Shown here: in pieces, positions 9,447 to 18,798 of the stretch
How the letters are laid out: each line of letters begins with the position of its first letter
Position numbering within the stretch: the first letter of the stretch is position 1
From: Candidatus Woesebacteria bacterium RIFCSPHIGHO2_01_FULL_39_23
GTDB taxonomy: Bacteria > Patescibacteriota > Microgenomatia > UBA8517
Assembly (NCBI GenBank): GCA_001792305.1
Contig: MGGH01000023.1
Location: 34,347-98,346, forward strand
Direction: 5' to 3'
DNA: 64,000 nt
Notes under the pieces: generated by a model
The model's input: the letters and a program-made list of their open reading frames with translations, nothing else
Databases searched by the model: none
What the model was told of the DNA's origin: nothing
Translations under genes and position numbers: made by a program

Positions 9447-10019
9447 TCAAATTAAATCGACATTCATGGCTATAGCCAAAGGTGAAGCGTTCATTATATA
9501 TTTATACCCTGACAAATAATGTGTAAGTTTTTCATCGTCTAAAGACATTTTGCCGCCGTAAGATGGATCCAATACAACCAACCGATGTTTAGGTTCTCTT
9601 ATTAGAGTTATAAAGTGGTCAGTATGTTCCGCATAACCTAAGTAAAAGTAGTCTCCACGAATCGCCAATGGGCCGACTGTTTGGGTATGATTAACTATCC
9701 AATCTACAGTTAATGGTTGGTACACTAATTCGATTTGTCTTTCTTCATTGTATGATCTAGTCAAGTTATGTTGCGTCCTTGTGTCTGTGTAAAAAGTTAA
9801 TCTCGTGTTTGGGAAATGTCGAACGAAGGTTGCAGCAACCTTAAGCGGATAGTAACCTGGATATACACCGTAGGACTCCATGTAAAGTTCTCTTTGAAGG
9901 CGTTCGAGATCAAAGGGTGTTCTGGTTAAATCGCGTAGCATCATTAAAAGGCAAGCGTTACCACACGTTAAGGCATCTCTTTGATGGTGCACCTCAAAAA
10001 AGCCCTTCCTTTCCTTCAT
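9447..10019 (-). CDS. Stand-alone C39-like (papain-fold) cysteine peptidase
   Basis: Start re-called at MKERKG (10019, GGAGG upstream); HQRDALTCGNACLLMML, DHFITL, VLDP. Confidence 0.7.
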   Translation of the reverse strand: MKERKGFFEVHHQRDALTCGNACLLMMLRDLTRTPFDLERLQRELYMESYGVYPGYYPLKVAATFVRHFPNTRLTFYTDTRTQHNLTRSYNEERQIELVYQPLTVDWIVNHTQTVGPLAIRGDYFYLGYAEHTDHFITLIREPKHRLVVLDPSYGGKMSLDDEKLTHYLSGYKYIMNASPLAIAMNVDLI

Positions 10020-10020
10020 T

Positions 10021-10296
10021 TCATTTAATCCTCCAATATTTAATTTGACCAAAATAAATGCATAAAGAAAATAAAATTGTAACGAAAAGAGTTGTAAATT
10101 CAGTAAAGAAATAGCCAATATCGACAAGTTCCCCATTTCCTGAGATTCTAAGTGTGAACCCAATGATATAGTTGACAAGAGGAAAGATGAAGATGGCTAG
10201 TTTCCTTAAGTTCAGGCTGAAATCCTTTGCGAAAGACCTGATCAAAAAGACTGATGCGAAAAGGATTATTATCTCGACAAAAATTGCTTTGGACAT
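10021..10296 (-). CDS. Small 3-TM membrane protein
   Basis: 91 aa hydrophobic ORF with AAGGA upstream; abuts the peptidase start. Confidence 0.65.
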   Translation of the reverse strand: MSKAIFVEIIILFASVFLIRSFAKDFSLNLRKLAIFIFPLVNYIIGFTLRISGNGELVDIGYFFTEFTTLFVTILFSLCIYFGQIKYWRIK

Positions 10297-10381
10297 AACA
10301 AATTTTCCTTTCTGGTTGGTTAGTGTAGCATTTAAAAAATTTATTATCTTTTAAAAATTTAAGCGTGGTAGAATTGAGCTT

Positions 10382-13324
10382 ATGAGTGAGCAGAAGAAGC
10401 TTAATAAGGAGCAAAAGGAAACCGTGGAGTTTGGGAGTGGGCCGCTTTTGATAATCGCAGGAGCGGGTACGGGGAAAACAACTGTCATAACTGAAAGAAT
10501 AAAGCATTTGATATCTTCCGAACTAGCAAAACCCCAAGAGATTCTTGCGTTAACTTTCACTGAAAAAGCCGCGCGGGAAATGGAAACCAGAGTTGATGAA
10601 ATTATGCCTTATGGTTATACGCAAATGTGGATCATGACGTTCCACTCCTTTTGCGATCGGGTCTTGCGAACTGAGGCACTTCATATTGGTCTTGACCCGA
10701 GGTACAAGTTAATGACAGAAGCAGACGCAACGGCTTTAGTCCGGAAGAGCTTGTTTAAATTTGATCTTGACTATTTCAGACCTTTAGGGAATCCGACGAA
10801 ATTTATTAGCGGAATATTACAACACTTCTCTCGATTGCAAGATGAAGACATATCGCCCGCGGAATATTTCCGCTGGGCTCAAAATCACAACTCCCGCCTT
10901 CGCCGAAGTTACGGCGGGCAAGCAAAACTTAAATCTGAAAATAGTGAAGAAATAAAGAAATGGAAAGAATTAGCTGGGGCGTACAGAACTTATGACGAGG
11001 TCAAAGTTAAAGAAAACGTCATGGATTTTGGGGATTTGATAACAAAGACATTAAAACTTTTCAGAGATAGGCCAAATGTATTGAAAGAATATAGAGAAAA
11101 GTTTAAGTATATTTTGGTAGACGAGTACCAGGATACAAACTTTGCCCAAAACGAACTGGTAAAACTTCTTGCGGGTAAGAAGGGAAATGTAACCGTCGTC
11201 GCAGATGATGACCAAAGTATCTATAGGTTTCGCGGGGCCGCTATTTCAAACATAGTCCAGTTTCGAAAAAGTTTTCCCAAAACCCGTGTTATCACTTTAA
11301 TCCAGAACTACCGCTCTACCCAGGAAATTTTGGATAAAGCATATCAATTGATTCAGAATAACAACCCCGATAGATTGGAAGTTGTAGAAAAAGTTGACAA
11401 GAAGCTTGTTTCGCAAGTCGCCAAAGACGGAGAGTCTATTAAATTTATACATGAAGTTAGGGTTGAAAACGAAGCGGAAGCAGTAGCTAAGGAAGTTACT
11501 AAGTTACTAAGTTACAAAGATATTAAGTATCAGTACAAAGATTTTGCGATGCTAGTCCGCGCAAACAACCATGCAGAGCCGTTTATTAGAGCTTTTCAAA
11601 GACACTTAATTCCCTATCAGTTTTTAGGGCCGGGAAGACTTTTTAGACAAAGTGAGATAGTTGATCTTATTTCGTACTTGCGAGTTTTATATAATTTTGA
11701 GGATTCGGTATCCCTCTATAGAGTGTTGTCTATCGAATATTTTGACATTTCGGCTCGTGATTTAGCAAAAATCGGTAACTTTGCGAAGAGATATAACCTT
11801 TCAATGTTTGAGGCATGCGAGAAAATCGACGAATTATTTGTGACAGACGAGACAAAAGAAAAAATAAAAAATATGGTCGGCTTGGTGAATAAACATTTAA
11901 AGCTGGTTCGAAAGGAAACTGCGGGTCAAATCTTGTATTATTTCCTGCGAGATACTGGACTTATTGAAAAGCTGGTAAATCCCAATTCAGCCGAGGCACA
12001 AAAAGAAGCTCTAAACATTTCAAAATTTTTCGATAAATTAAAATCTTATGAAGTAGATCATGAGGATGCGACTGTTACAACTGTCGTTGATTGGCTCGAT
12101 TTGTCTACAGAACTTGGGGAATCGCCGTTGGCGGCTGATAGTGACTGGACAGATATAAATGCGGTTAATATTTTAACTGTACATTCCAGCAAAGGCTTGG
12201 AGTTTCCGGTTGTTTTTTTGGTCAATTTGGTTGGTCAACGATTCCCATCAACGGAGCGAAGCGAGCAAATTCCGATTCCTGAGGATCTTATAAAAGAGAT
12301 TTTGCCGCAAGGTGATTTTCACCTAGAGGAAGAAAGAAGATTGTTTTACGTTGGGATGACCAGAGCCAGGGAAAGGCTTTATTTTACTGCTAGTGATTAT
12401 TATGGAGAGGGTAAACGGGAAAAAAAGCTCAGTCCTTTTATTTTCGAGACGCTTGGAGACGAAGTAATTGCCAGTGAACAGTCAACTATGGGGACCCAGC
12501 AGTTGTCTTTTTTGGACTATCAATCCGTGAAGCAGATTACTGATGCCCGGCAACCGACAACCAAGCTACATGTTGATTATTTGTCCTACAGCCAAATAGA
12601 AACTTTTAGGGTATGCCCCTTGCATTATAAGCTGGGTTATATACTGCGAATTCCGACTCCCCCCTCCGCTTCACAAAGTTTTGGGACATCAATTCACTCG
12701 GCATTAAAGAAATTTTATGATGGGGTCAAAAATGGTGAAAGTCCGACCGAAAAATATATTTTGTCACTTCTAGATAGTAATTGGGTCAAAGAAGGGTATA
12801 CAAGTCGCGATCATGAAAGGAAATTTTTGGAGAAAGGTAAAGATTATTTGAAAGGGTACTTAAATGTAGAGTTTAATCCGAAAGTAATACCTTCGCTTTT
12901 GGAACAGAGATTTACCATTCCGTTATCTAAAGAAGGCGAACGGCCGTTAAAAATGGGCGGAGTAATTGACCGTATTGATGAAGCCTATGACGGCTCAATT
13001 GAAATAATTGACTATAAAACCGGTGCCAATATCCCTTCGCAACCAGAGATTGATAAAAACCTGCAGATGACCTTTTACGCTTTAGCTTCAACAATGATAC
13101 GCGAGCAACCTTTCAACAAAGGCCCGCAGGAGGTAGTTTTGTCTTTGTATTTTTTGGACAACCAACAAAAAATTTCAACCAAAAGGACAAAGGAACAACT
13201 TGAGGAAGCAGTAAAAGAAATTTTTAAAGTACGTCGCCAAATTGAGGAGTCTGATTTTTCTTGCTCCGGCCACATGTTTTGCAAAAACTGCGAATACAAA
13301 TTAATGTGCAATGTGGATAGCTAA
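10382..13324 (+). CDS. UvrD/PcrA-family helicase fused to a C-terminal PD-(D/E)XK nuclease with Cys motif
   Basis: AGAGTGKT, VDEYQD, NYRS, HSSKGLEF, EERRLFYVGMTRA; C-terminal LSYSQI..CP, GVIDRID, IIDYKTG, C..C..C. Confidence 0.93.
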   Translation: MSEQKKLNKEQKETVEFGSGPLLIIAGAGTGKTTVITERIKHLISSELAKPQEILALTFTEKAAREMETRVDEIMPYGYTQMWIMTFHSFCDRVLRTEALHIGLDPRYKLMTEADATALVRKSLFKFDLDYFRPLGNPTKFISGILQHFSRLQDEDISPAEYFRWAQNHNSRLRRSYGGQAKLKSENSEEIKKWKELAGAYRTYDEVKVKENVMDFGDLITKTLKLFRDRPNVLKEYREKFKYILVDEYQDTNFAQNELVKLLAGKKGNVTVVADDDQSIYRFRGAAISNIVQFRKSFPKTRVITLIQNYRSTQEILDKAYQLIQNNNPDRLEVVEKVDKKLVSQVAKDGESIKFIHEVRVENEAEAVAKEVTKLLSYKDIKYQYKDFAMLVRANNHAEPFIRAFQRHLIPYQFLGPGRLFRQSEIVDLISYLRVLYNFEDSVSLYRVLSIEYFDISARDLAKIGNFAKRYNLSMFEACEKIDELFVTDETKEKIKNMVGLVNKHLKLVRKETAGQILYYFLRDTGLIEKLVNPNSAEAQKEALNISKFFDKLKSYEVDHEDATVTTVVDWLDLSTELGESPLAADSDWTDINAVNILTVHSSKGLEFPVVFLVNLVGQRFPSTERSEQIPIPEDLIKEILPQGDFHLEEERRLFYVGMTRARERLYFTASDYYGEGKREKKLSPFIFETLGDEVIASEQSTMGTQQLSFLDYQSVKQITDARQPTTKLHVDYLSYSQIETFRVCPLHYKLGYILRIPTPPSASQSFGTSIHSALKKFYDGVKNGESPTEKYILSLLDSNWVKEGYTSRDHERKFLEKGKDYLKGYLNVEFNPKVIPSLLEQRFTIPLSKEGERPLKMGGVIDRIDEAYDGSIEIIDYKTGANIPSQPEIDKNLQMTFYALASTMIREQPFNKGPQEVVLSLYFLDNQQKISTKRTKEQLEEAVKEIFKVRRQIEESDFSCSGHMFCKNCEYKLMCNVDS
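10893..10922 (+). repeat. 30-nt palindromic element, family A, in frame in uvrD
   Basis: CCCGCC-TTCGCCGAAGTTAC-GGCGGG-CAAG; adds RLRRSYGGQA. Confidence 0.8.
11493..11532 (+). repeat. 8-mer tandem repeat within uvrD
   Basis: AAGTTACT AAGTTACT AAGTTACA AAGATATT AAGTATCA. Confidence 0.75.
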
Positions 13325-13893
13325 AGAAGTCTACGTGGAAGGAAATAAATATAGATGGCACTTGAGAAGCACAAGCACGCCATAAGTATGAAGAGTGCAT
13401 TAAAACCAAAAAGCGTTACAACTGTTCCTCCAATTATTGCGCCAAAAGACATACTAAAATAATTAATCGATTCCCAAGCACCCCACTGCCTTCCCGCCCT
13501 ATCCACGCTTAAATGTTTAGAATAAACAGCATCGAAGGAGGGGCTATAAAAAGCTTCTGCTGAACCAATTAACGCCTGGATCAACGACAGAAATATAACA
13601 GAATTTACTTGTGTAAAAAGCAAATACCCCAACCCTATTACTGCGTATCCCGCTGCGACGATCAGCTCATTTTGTTTAATTTTGTCTGCAAATTTTCCTG
13701 CGACTATGGTTGTAATACCTGCTGCAAAAGCAAACGCACCCCCCGTAAGGCTGGCATCCAATAAACTTCCACCAACTTTGTCAACGAACAATGCATAAAT
13801 TGGGGCAAGCATGGCACCTGAAATTAAAATGAACGCATTTGTCCCAAGCATGATCTTTAAAGCTTTATTAAGATGAATATTAAAATTTGGCAT
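13321..13893 (-). CDS. Half-size (6-TM) MFS-type transporter
   Basis: AGKFADKIKQ (MFS motif A-like), 190 aa. Confidence 0.8.
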   Translation of the reverse strand: MPNFNIHLNKALKIMLGTNAFILISGAMLAPIYALFVDKVGGSLLDASLTGGAFAFAAGITTIVAGKFADKIKQNELIVAAGYAVIGLGYLLFTQVNSVIFLSLIQALIGSAEAFYSPSFDAVYSKHLSVDRAGRQWGAWESINYFSMSFGAIIGGTVVTLFGFNALFILMACLCFSSAIYIYFLPRRLL

Positions 13894-14055
13894 TAATTAA
13901 TAAATTCTACTATTTATTTTGCTGAATTTGGGTGCCGATTATATATGTTTTTGTGATTTGAGTTTAGATGCGATCCGACTTACAGCAATGGGAAACCCAT
14001 TATTCTGTCCGCATCGCGATAAGGATTTTCATTGGTTAATTTCATTTTGACATTC

Positions 14056-14730
14056 TTACTTCAAGAGCTCTTTTAAAGCGTCTTTGGCAATCCAGTTGGC
14101 AGTTTTGTTGTCCATCTTTTGGATTTCTCGGGCGAGTATAATTACCGTCTTTTTAAGATTTTGATTTCTTTTACCTATTTGCCTGAGGGCCCAATTGACT
14201 GCCTTTTTAACAAAATTTCTTTTGTCTTTCGAAGCGTTTTTAATAAGAGGGAGGAATTTTAGGAATTTTTTATCAGCTGCGTTTTTGTCATGCCAGGCAA
14301 GACAAGCCATTAACGCAAAACCTGCTCTTTTTTCAAATTCTTTGTGTTTTTTTGACCATTCTGCGGCCTTATCAAATGCAAAGGGAGTTTTGTCAAATAA
14401 GTTCATGCAAATCTGGTCGCACAGGTCCCAGGAGTTAAATTCTTTTATCCAACTATCCATCTGTTTTTGGGTGACAAGTTCAGGCACATCAATCATCGAT
14501 GCTAAGATTCTCACTTCGTGGATTTTGCTACCCCACAGTTTACTAGCCAGTTTGTGTTTTTCTTGCGACTTATTTTTAAGCTCTTTTTCGATATCCGCAG
14601 CGAGCTTTCTCAATACGGGAACATTTACTCCGAGTGCATACTTTGGATTTATCCCGAATCTCGCCATCCCTTCAACATTTTTGGGGTTTGATAACAATTT
14701 AAGTTTCTTGATGACTTTTTCGATATCCAT
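14056..14730 (-). CDS. DNA alkylation repair protein (AlkD-like HEAT repeat)
   Basis: GVNVPVLRKLA, SWDLCDQ, NFVKKAVNWALRQIGK. Confidence 0.9.
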   Translation of the reverse strand: MDIEKVIKKLKLLSNPKNVEGMARFGINPKYALGVNVPVLRKLAADIEKELKNKSQEKHKLASKLWGSKIHEVRILASMIDVPELVTQKQMDSWIKEFNSWDLCDQICMNLFDKTPFAFDKAAEWSKKHKEFEKRAGFALMACLAWHDKNAADKKFLKFLPLIKNASKDKRNFVKKAVNWALRQIGKRNQNLKKTVIILAREIQKMDNKTANWIAKDALKELLK

Positions 14731-14765
14731 CTCTATCAGTCTATGCCCACTACTAAGTTATTTTA

Positions 14766-15503
14766 TCAATATTCGATAAATTCTAAAATTTCCCTCGCCA
14801 ATCTTTTCGGATACTTTACTGGAATACTGTGGTTACAGGCAAATGAGATAATTTTCGCGTTTTGGAAATGTTTATAAAGCTCTGTGCCATGAGTTCTGAC
14901 AATTGCCTGATCTTTGGTTCCATAGGCAATTAGGGTTTTATTGATTATGCTCTGTGTTTCTTCTGGCCAATTATGAGCCAAAAGGTCTTTGCAACAGAGT
15001 GCAACCGACTTCGCGTCGCTGTTTTTTAGAAACCCTGGATCCATAGGTATTAGATTTTTGATAACCGTTTTAAGATATTGGTGGTTAGAGTTTAGTATTT
15101 TTTTAATCACACGGTCGACAAAATAAAAGTTGACACCGAGCCAGATTAAAAACTTATAAGAAAGTGGAGACCCTGATTTTGGGTTTCGTAAGGGTACCGA
15201 GATAATGATTAACTTTTCCACTTCTTTTGGGAATCTTATGGTGTATTCCAGGGAGATATAACCGCCAAGCGAATGCCCTACCAAAATAAATGGGGGTTTA
15301 ATATTTATCTTTTTAAGCTGATCTTTAAGATAATTTGGATAGGTCTCAAAATTTAAAGGAACACTGTTGTAATAAGTTCCGTATGGATCTATATCTATTG
15401 CATGACAACTGTATTTATTTTTAGGCAAGGATTGAATTAACTTGTCCCAAAGTTGTTTTGTATAGCCTAAACCGGGAATAAAGACGATTGTTTGTTTTTG
15501 CAT
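14766..15503 (-). CDS. Alpha/beta hydrolase
   Basis: GHSLGG nucleophile elbow, GTKD, C-terminal His. Confidence 0.88.
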   Translation of the reverse strand: MQKQTIVFIPGLGYTKQLWDKLIQSLPKNKYSCHAIDIDPYGTYYNSVPLNFETYPNYLKDQLKKINIKPPFILVGHSLGGYISLEYTIRFPKEVEKLIIISVPLRNPKSGSPLSYKFLIWLGVNFYFVDRVIKKILNSNHQYLKTVIKNLIPMDPGFLKNSDAKSVALCCKDLLAHNWPEETQSIINKTLIAYGTKDQAIVRTHGTELYKHFQNAKIISFACNHSIPVKYPKRLAREILEFIEY

Positions 15504-15506
15504 TAC

Positions 15507-16328
15507 CTAAAATGGTAACAGAAATTTAGAATAGGCGCCGGGATATTCAACTTCTAAACCCCCAAAACTTTTTTTGAAGCGGGAGAAACCGAGCCACGAT
15601 TTTAGAGGGAATCTATCGTCGTAAACACCTTCAAAATCAAAAACCTTGCACTTTAGTTTCTTTGCCAATCTTATCACTTCCCAAGTAACCAAGGTTGGGG
15701 CGAATAGTTTTTTCCCTTCCGGAGTTGCGGCAGCATACATATAGTAGGCGACATAACCTGTTTCAGGCATTAAAATTCCGGCGAGAAGTTTGTTGTCTTT
15801 ATAAGCCAATAAAAGGTGTGAATTTTTTCCAAAAGCGTTGTGTATGGCGTGTATTGATTTGCCGAGTTTTAAAAACTTTCTACTTGGTTGCGCATTTAGC
15901 CAAAGGTCTACGAATCTTTCTATATCTTTTGATTTTTTGACTACTACACCCCTTTTTAGTGCAACTTTTATATTGTATCTGGTTTTATAATGCATTTCTT
16001 TTAGTACCTCTTTTTCCGATTTTGTTAAATCAATGTGAACTGTTTTACTTGGTAAATAAGGAGATTTAGTTAGTTTAAATCCATGCTTTATAAGTGGTTT
16101 ACCCTGAGCGAGGTCGAAGGGTTCTATGACAATTTGAAAGGCTCTATATTTTTTCACAACGCGGTTTATTTGATTAAAGTCGGTTATTTTAGGTCTTTGG
16201 ATTTTGACAAATGATCCGATTACTGGAAGCCTTTTTATAAAGTAATTTACACCACCAACTCTTTCCACGATCCAGCCAATACTTTTCATATATTTTGCAT
16301 ATTCCTTGGTTTGTCGAAGATCAGTCAT
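15507..16328 (-). CDS. FemABX/FemX family peptidyl transferase
   Basis: IDLTKSE...KTRYNI, WEVIRLAK...FDFEG, FKKSFGG. Confidence 0.88.
   Translation of the reverse strand: MTDLRQTKEYAKYMKSIGWIVERVGGVNYFIKRLPVIGSFVKIQRPKITDFNQINRVVKKYRAFQIVIEPFDLAQGKPLIKHGFKLTKSPYLPSKTVHIDLTKSEKEVLKEMHYKTRYNIKVALKRGVVVKKSKDIERFVDLWLNAQPSRKFLKLGKSIHAIHNAFGKNSHLLLAYKDNKLLAGILMPETGYVAYYMYAAATPEGKKLFAPTLVTWEVIRLAKKLKCKVFDFEGVYDDRFPLKSWLGFSRFKKSFGGLEVEYPGAYSKFLLPF
16098..16122 (-). repeat. Palindromic element, family B, within femABX
   Basis: ACCCTTCGACCTCGCTCAGGGTAAA on minus strand; encodes PFDLAQGK. Confidence 0.8.
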
Positions 16329-16345
16329 AATTTAAAAGTCAGCGA

Positions 16346-17023
16346 TTAGTGACTTGTGGTTAGTATTTCTTTGATTATCTCAAAGGTTTCTGGTGAGTTT
16401 ATAATATTCAAGTGGCCTGCAACGTCGATTTTAACGTTCTTCGCCCCTTTGAGGACTAAACTACTATTCGGAATGACAACTTCGTCAAGTCTAGGATAAA
16501 GGTTTGTAAACATTTTATTTACTCTAACCTTTCGGTCAAGATTTTTTATAAGCTTTGAAGAAGGGACAATTTCACCAAGGTTAAATATATTTACATAGCC
16601 TGAATAAGTTCCCTTATAGGGAGAGGAAATGCTAATTACTTTGGAAACGCGGTTTGAATACTTCGAATTTATCAGAAAATATTTAGTTATAACACCACCT
16701 TTGCTATGACTTATTATAAGAGAGTCTTTAATTGCATTTTCGTTAATATAGTTTTCAAGTATTTCCGAGCATTTTTTAATTTTGGCGGTGTTATTTCCTA
16801 ACTTTTTTAGAACATGCACCCTGTATCCAAGACCATTAATAAAATTTCCTATTTTGATTAGGTATGACCAGGTTCCACCAAAACCTTGTACTAAAATGAC
16901 ATTGCCTTCCTTTCCATAAGACCATTTTTCTGGTGGTGTTCGAATAATAAAATTACTAAGTTTTGCAATTGGGTGAGTTAGAATATCCAAAATTATTTCC
17001 AAGGTGGTTTTTAAAATTCTCAT
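16346..17023 (-). CDS. Lipase/esterase-like alpha/beta hydrolase
   Basis: LVQGFGG, SHSKGG, ISSPYKG, DEVV, GH. Confidence 0.85.
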   Translation of the reverse strand: MRILKTTLEIILDILTHPIAKLSNFIIRTPPEKWSYGKEGNVILVQGFGGTWSYLIKIGNFINGLGYRVHVLKKLGNNTAKIKKCSEILENYINENAIKDSLIISHSKGGVITKYFLINSKYSNRVSKVISISSPYKGTYSGYVNIFNLGEIVPSSKLIKNLDRKVRVNKMFTNLYPRLDEVVIPNSSLVLKGAKNVKIDVAGHLNIINSPETFEIIKEILTTSH

Positions 17024-17026
17024 AGT

Positions 17027-17995
17027 TTATAAAGAAGTCTTAGTAAGACTAAACTTAGCTTTAGTTCTTAAAACTAGCCAACGGATTTTTTCAGCAATTC
17101 TATAAAGATGATAAAGGGGGTGTGCTACTAAATCCCAACTTCCTAAAAACTCAATAACCTGTGGGTTATATCCCTCTTTAAATTTTGTAAATCCCTTTCC
17201 AGGCTCCCTTCCCCAAAGGTCAAAAATCTTATAACCCCGGCGCTTGCCAAATCTAATTGCCTCCCACATCATAAGGTTATTTGTCATGACATTTTTGTAT
17301 TTGTCGGAACTGGCACCGTATGGGTAGTAAAGAATTTTGTCGTAGGTAAACAAAATCCAGGTTGTGATAATTTCACTTTTATATTTAGCAACCAGAAGAT
17401 GAGCTAGGGGTGATCGGTGTTCGGTGATCGGTGTTCGGTGAAGGTGCTTCCACATAAGGCGGTGATATTCTGGTGTGTGAGCATAAAAACCTTGTCTTTT
17501 AGCTGTCTCAAAAGTCAGTTCCAAATATTTTTCAAATGCTTTATTTGAGTTATCCTCAATCACTTTTACTCCGTGTTTTTGGGCAAGACGGATGTTGTAG
17601 CGGGTTTTACCGGAAAAACTTTTCAGGAGTTCGTCTTCTGGTTTTGTTAAGTCGATTCGGAAAGTTGTAGGAGTAAATAAAGTTTTACCAGGGACAGCGT
17701 TGTTTTTTTTGAATAAATGAATTATTGAATTATTGACCTCACTTTTTATAATATTTGGTTCCAATTTTATAAATATTAGATTTTTTTCTTTAGCAATCTT
17801 TTTTAGAAAAACAAGCATTTCTTGTGTTGGTTTTGGCCCTTTGATAAACATGCCAATTTTCCATGGCGTAAAAGGGATTTTATGAAGAGTAATTACGCCA
17901 TATTTGGTTTCCAAAACCTCATTTCCCCATTCTTGTCGAAACTGCGCCCACTCGTGAGATTGTAAGGGGTGTTTTGGCTCTCTTGTTTTTACCAT
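17027..17995 (-). CDS. FemABX/FemX family peptidoglycan bridge peptidyl transferase
   Basis: HPLQSHEW, IKLEP, KTRYNIRLA, YPYGASS, FDLWG, KFKEGY. Confidence 0.9.
   Translation of the reverse strand: MVKTREPKHPLQSHEWAQFRQEWGNEVLETKYGVITLHKIPFTPWKIGMFIKGPKPTQEMLVFLKKIAKEKNLIFIKLEPNIIKSEVNNSIIHLFKKNNAVPGKTLFTPTTFRIDLTKPEDELLKSFSGKTRYNIRLAQKHGVKVIEDNSNKAFEKYLELTFETAKRQGFYAHTPEYHRLMWKHLHRTPITEHRSPLAHLLVAKYKSEIITTWILFTYDKILYYPYGASSDKYKNVMTNNLMMWEAIRFGKRRGYKIFDLWGREPGKGFTKFKEGYNPQVIEFLGSWDLVAHPLYHLYRIAEKIRWLVLRTKAKFSLTKTSL
17409..17443. repeat. 7-mer tandem repeat in frame in femABX
   Basis: GGTGATC GGTGTTC GGTGATC GGTGTTC GGTGAAG; encodes HRTPITEHRSP. Confidence 0.85.
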
Positions 17996-18409
17996 TTAAA
18001 CAACCTCGATATATTTTGGATAATTAAAAGTTACTTTAAAGTGGTCGAAGAATCCGTTATTTCCTAAAACGTCGAAGGAGTTTTGTGGTATTTCTTTTGA
18101 AAAAATAACGTTGGTTTCATACTCCTTTCCCGCAACTCCAAATAAAATTTTAAGTTGGTAACCTTTTATTTCCTTTCCTCCAATACCTCTTATTTTCCTT
18201 TTTTTACCTGTTGAGAGCTTAATTCCCAGATATGAAGTTACCAGTTCTTCAAATAGGCAATAGTCTGCTCCTGAATCTACTATTGCTTGATATCCCACAA
18301 TTCTCTTTTTGTTAAGTAGAATTACAGGAATCACTGGCCTGTAGATTATTTTTTTTCTGGGTGTGGCAGGTGAGGGAGTAACTTCAAATTCTTGATATTG
18401 ATATTTCAT
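17996..18409 (-). CDS. Retropepsin-like (single-domain) aspartic protease
   Basis: AIVDSGAD catalytic motif, flap IRGIGG, VLGNNGFF. Confidence 0.85.
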   Translation of the reverse strand: MKYQYQEFEVTPSPATPRKKIIYRPVIPVILLNKKRIVGYQAIVDSGADYCLFEELVTSYLGIKLSTGKKRKIRGIGGKEIKGYQLKILFGVAGKEYETNVIFSKEIPQNSFDVLGNNGFFDHFKVTFNYPKYIEVV

Positions 18410-18615
18410 TATGCATGAAGATTGTACCCAACATATGGCAATGATTCTTTGGGTATCTTCATTAAATAGGGTATTTTTGTGCCGGATTTTGTGGCTTTTT
18501 CTGCTGCCTCTTTTAGCGTTTTCCCCACACCAGCGACAGTAACAAGATCTTCTTTAAATGCGACCCATTTTCCGGGGTATTTCCTCTGAACCTCAACTCT
18601 ACTGATCGGTTTCAT
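18409..18615 (-). CDS. DUF5678-like small protein
   Basis: KYPGKWVAF...VAGVGKTLKEA; start re-called at 18615, 6 nt after TATAAT; stop overlaps the protease start. Confidence 0.75.
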   Translation of the reverse strand: MKPISRVEVQRKYPGKWVAFKEDLVTVAGVGKTLKEAAEKATKSGTKIPYLMKIPKESLPYVGYNLHA

Positions 18616-18622
18616 ATTTTTA

Positions 18623-18721
18623 TTATACACCAACTAAAACTCCACACTTTCCCCACCCCCTTCGAAACTCCGCCCACTCGTGAGATTGAAGTGGATGAGT
18701 TGATGATTCGGTTGATTCCAT
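18623..18721 (-). pseudogene. Displaced 5' end of a femABX gene
   Basis: MESTESSTHPLQSHEWAEFRRGWG...* versus HPLQSHEWAQFRQEWG of 17027..17995; 26/27 nt match between 18662..18688 and 17936..17962. Confidence 0.85.
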
Positions 18722-18798
18722 GTTTTTATGGTATATGCTAATCATACAATGAAAGTAATTGTACATAAATTTATTTCCGACTTTGGTACAATCTGAGT

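Noticed and set aside
10020-10178. 53-aa N-terminal extension of the peptidase given by the ORF track
   Set aside because: Overlaps the upstream membrane-protein gene; an SD-preceded ATG at 10019 fits better.
13900-14052. Possible gene remnant between the MFS and AlkD genes (MKILIA... or MKLTNENPY...)
   Set aside because: Too short and no family recognisable with confidence.
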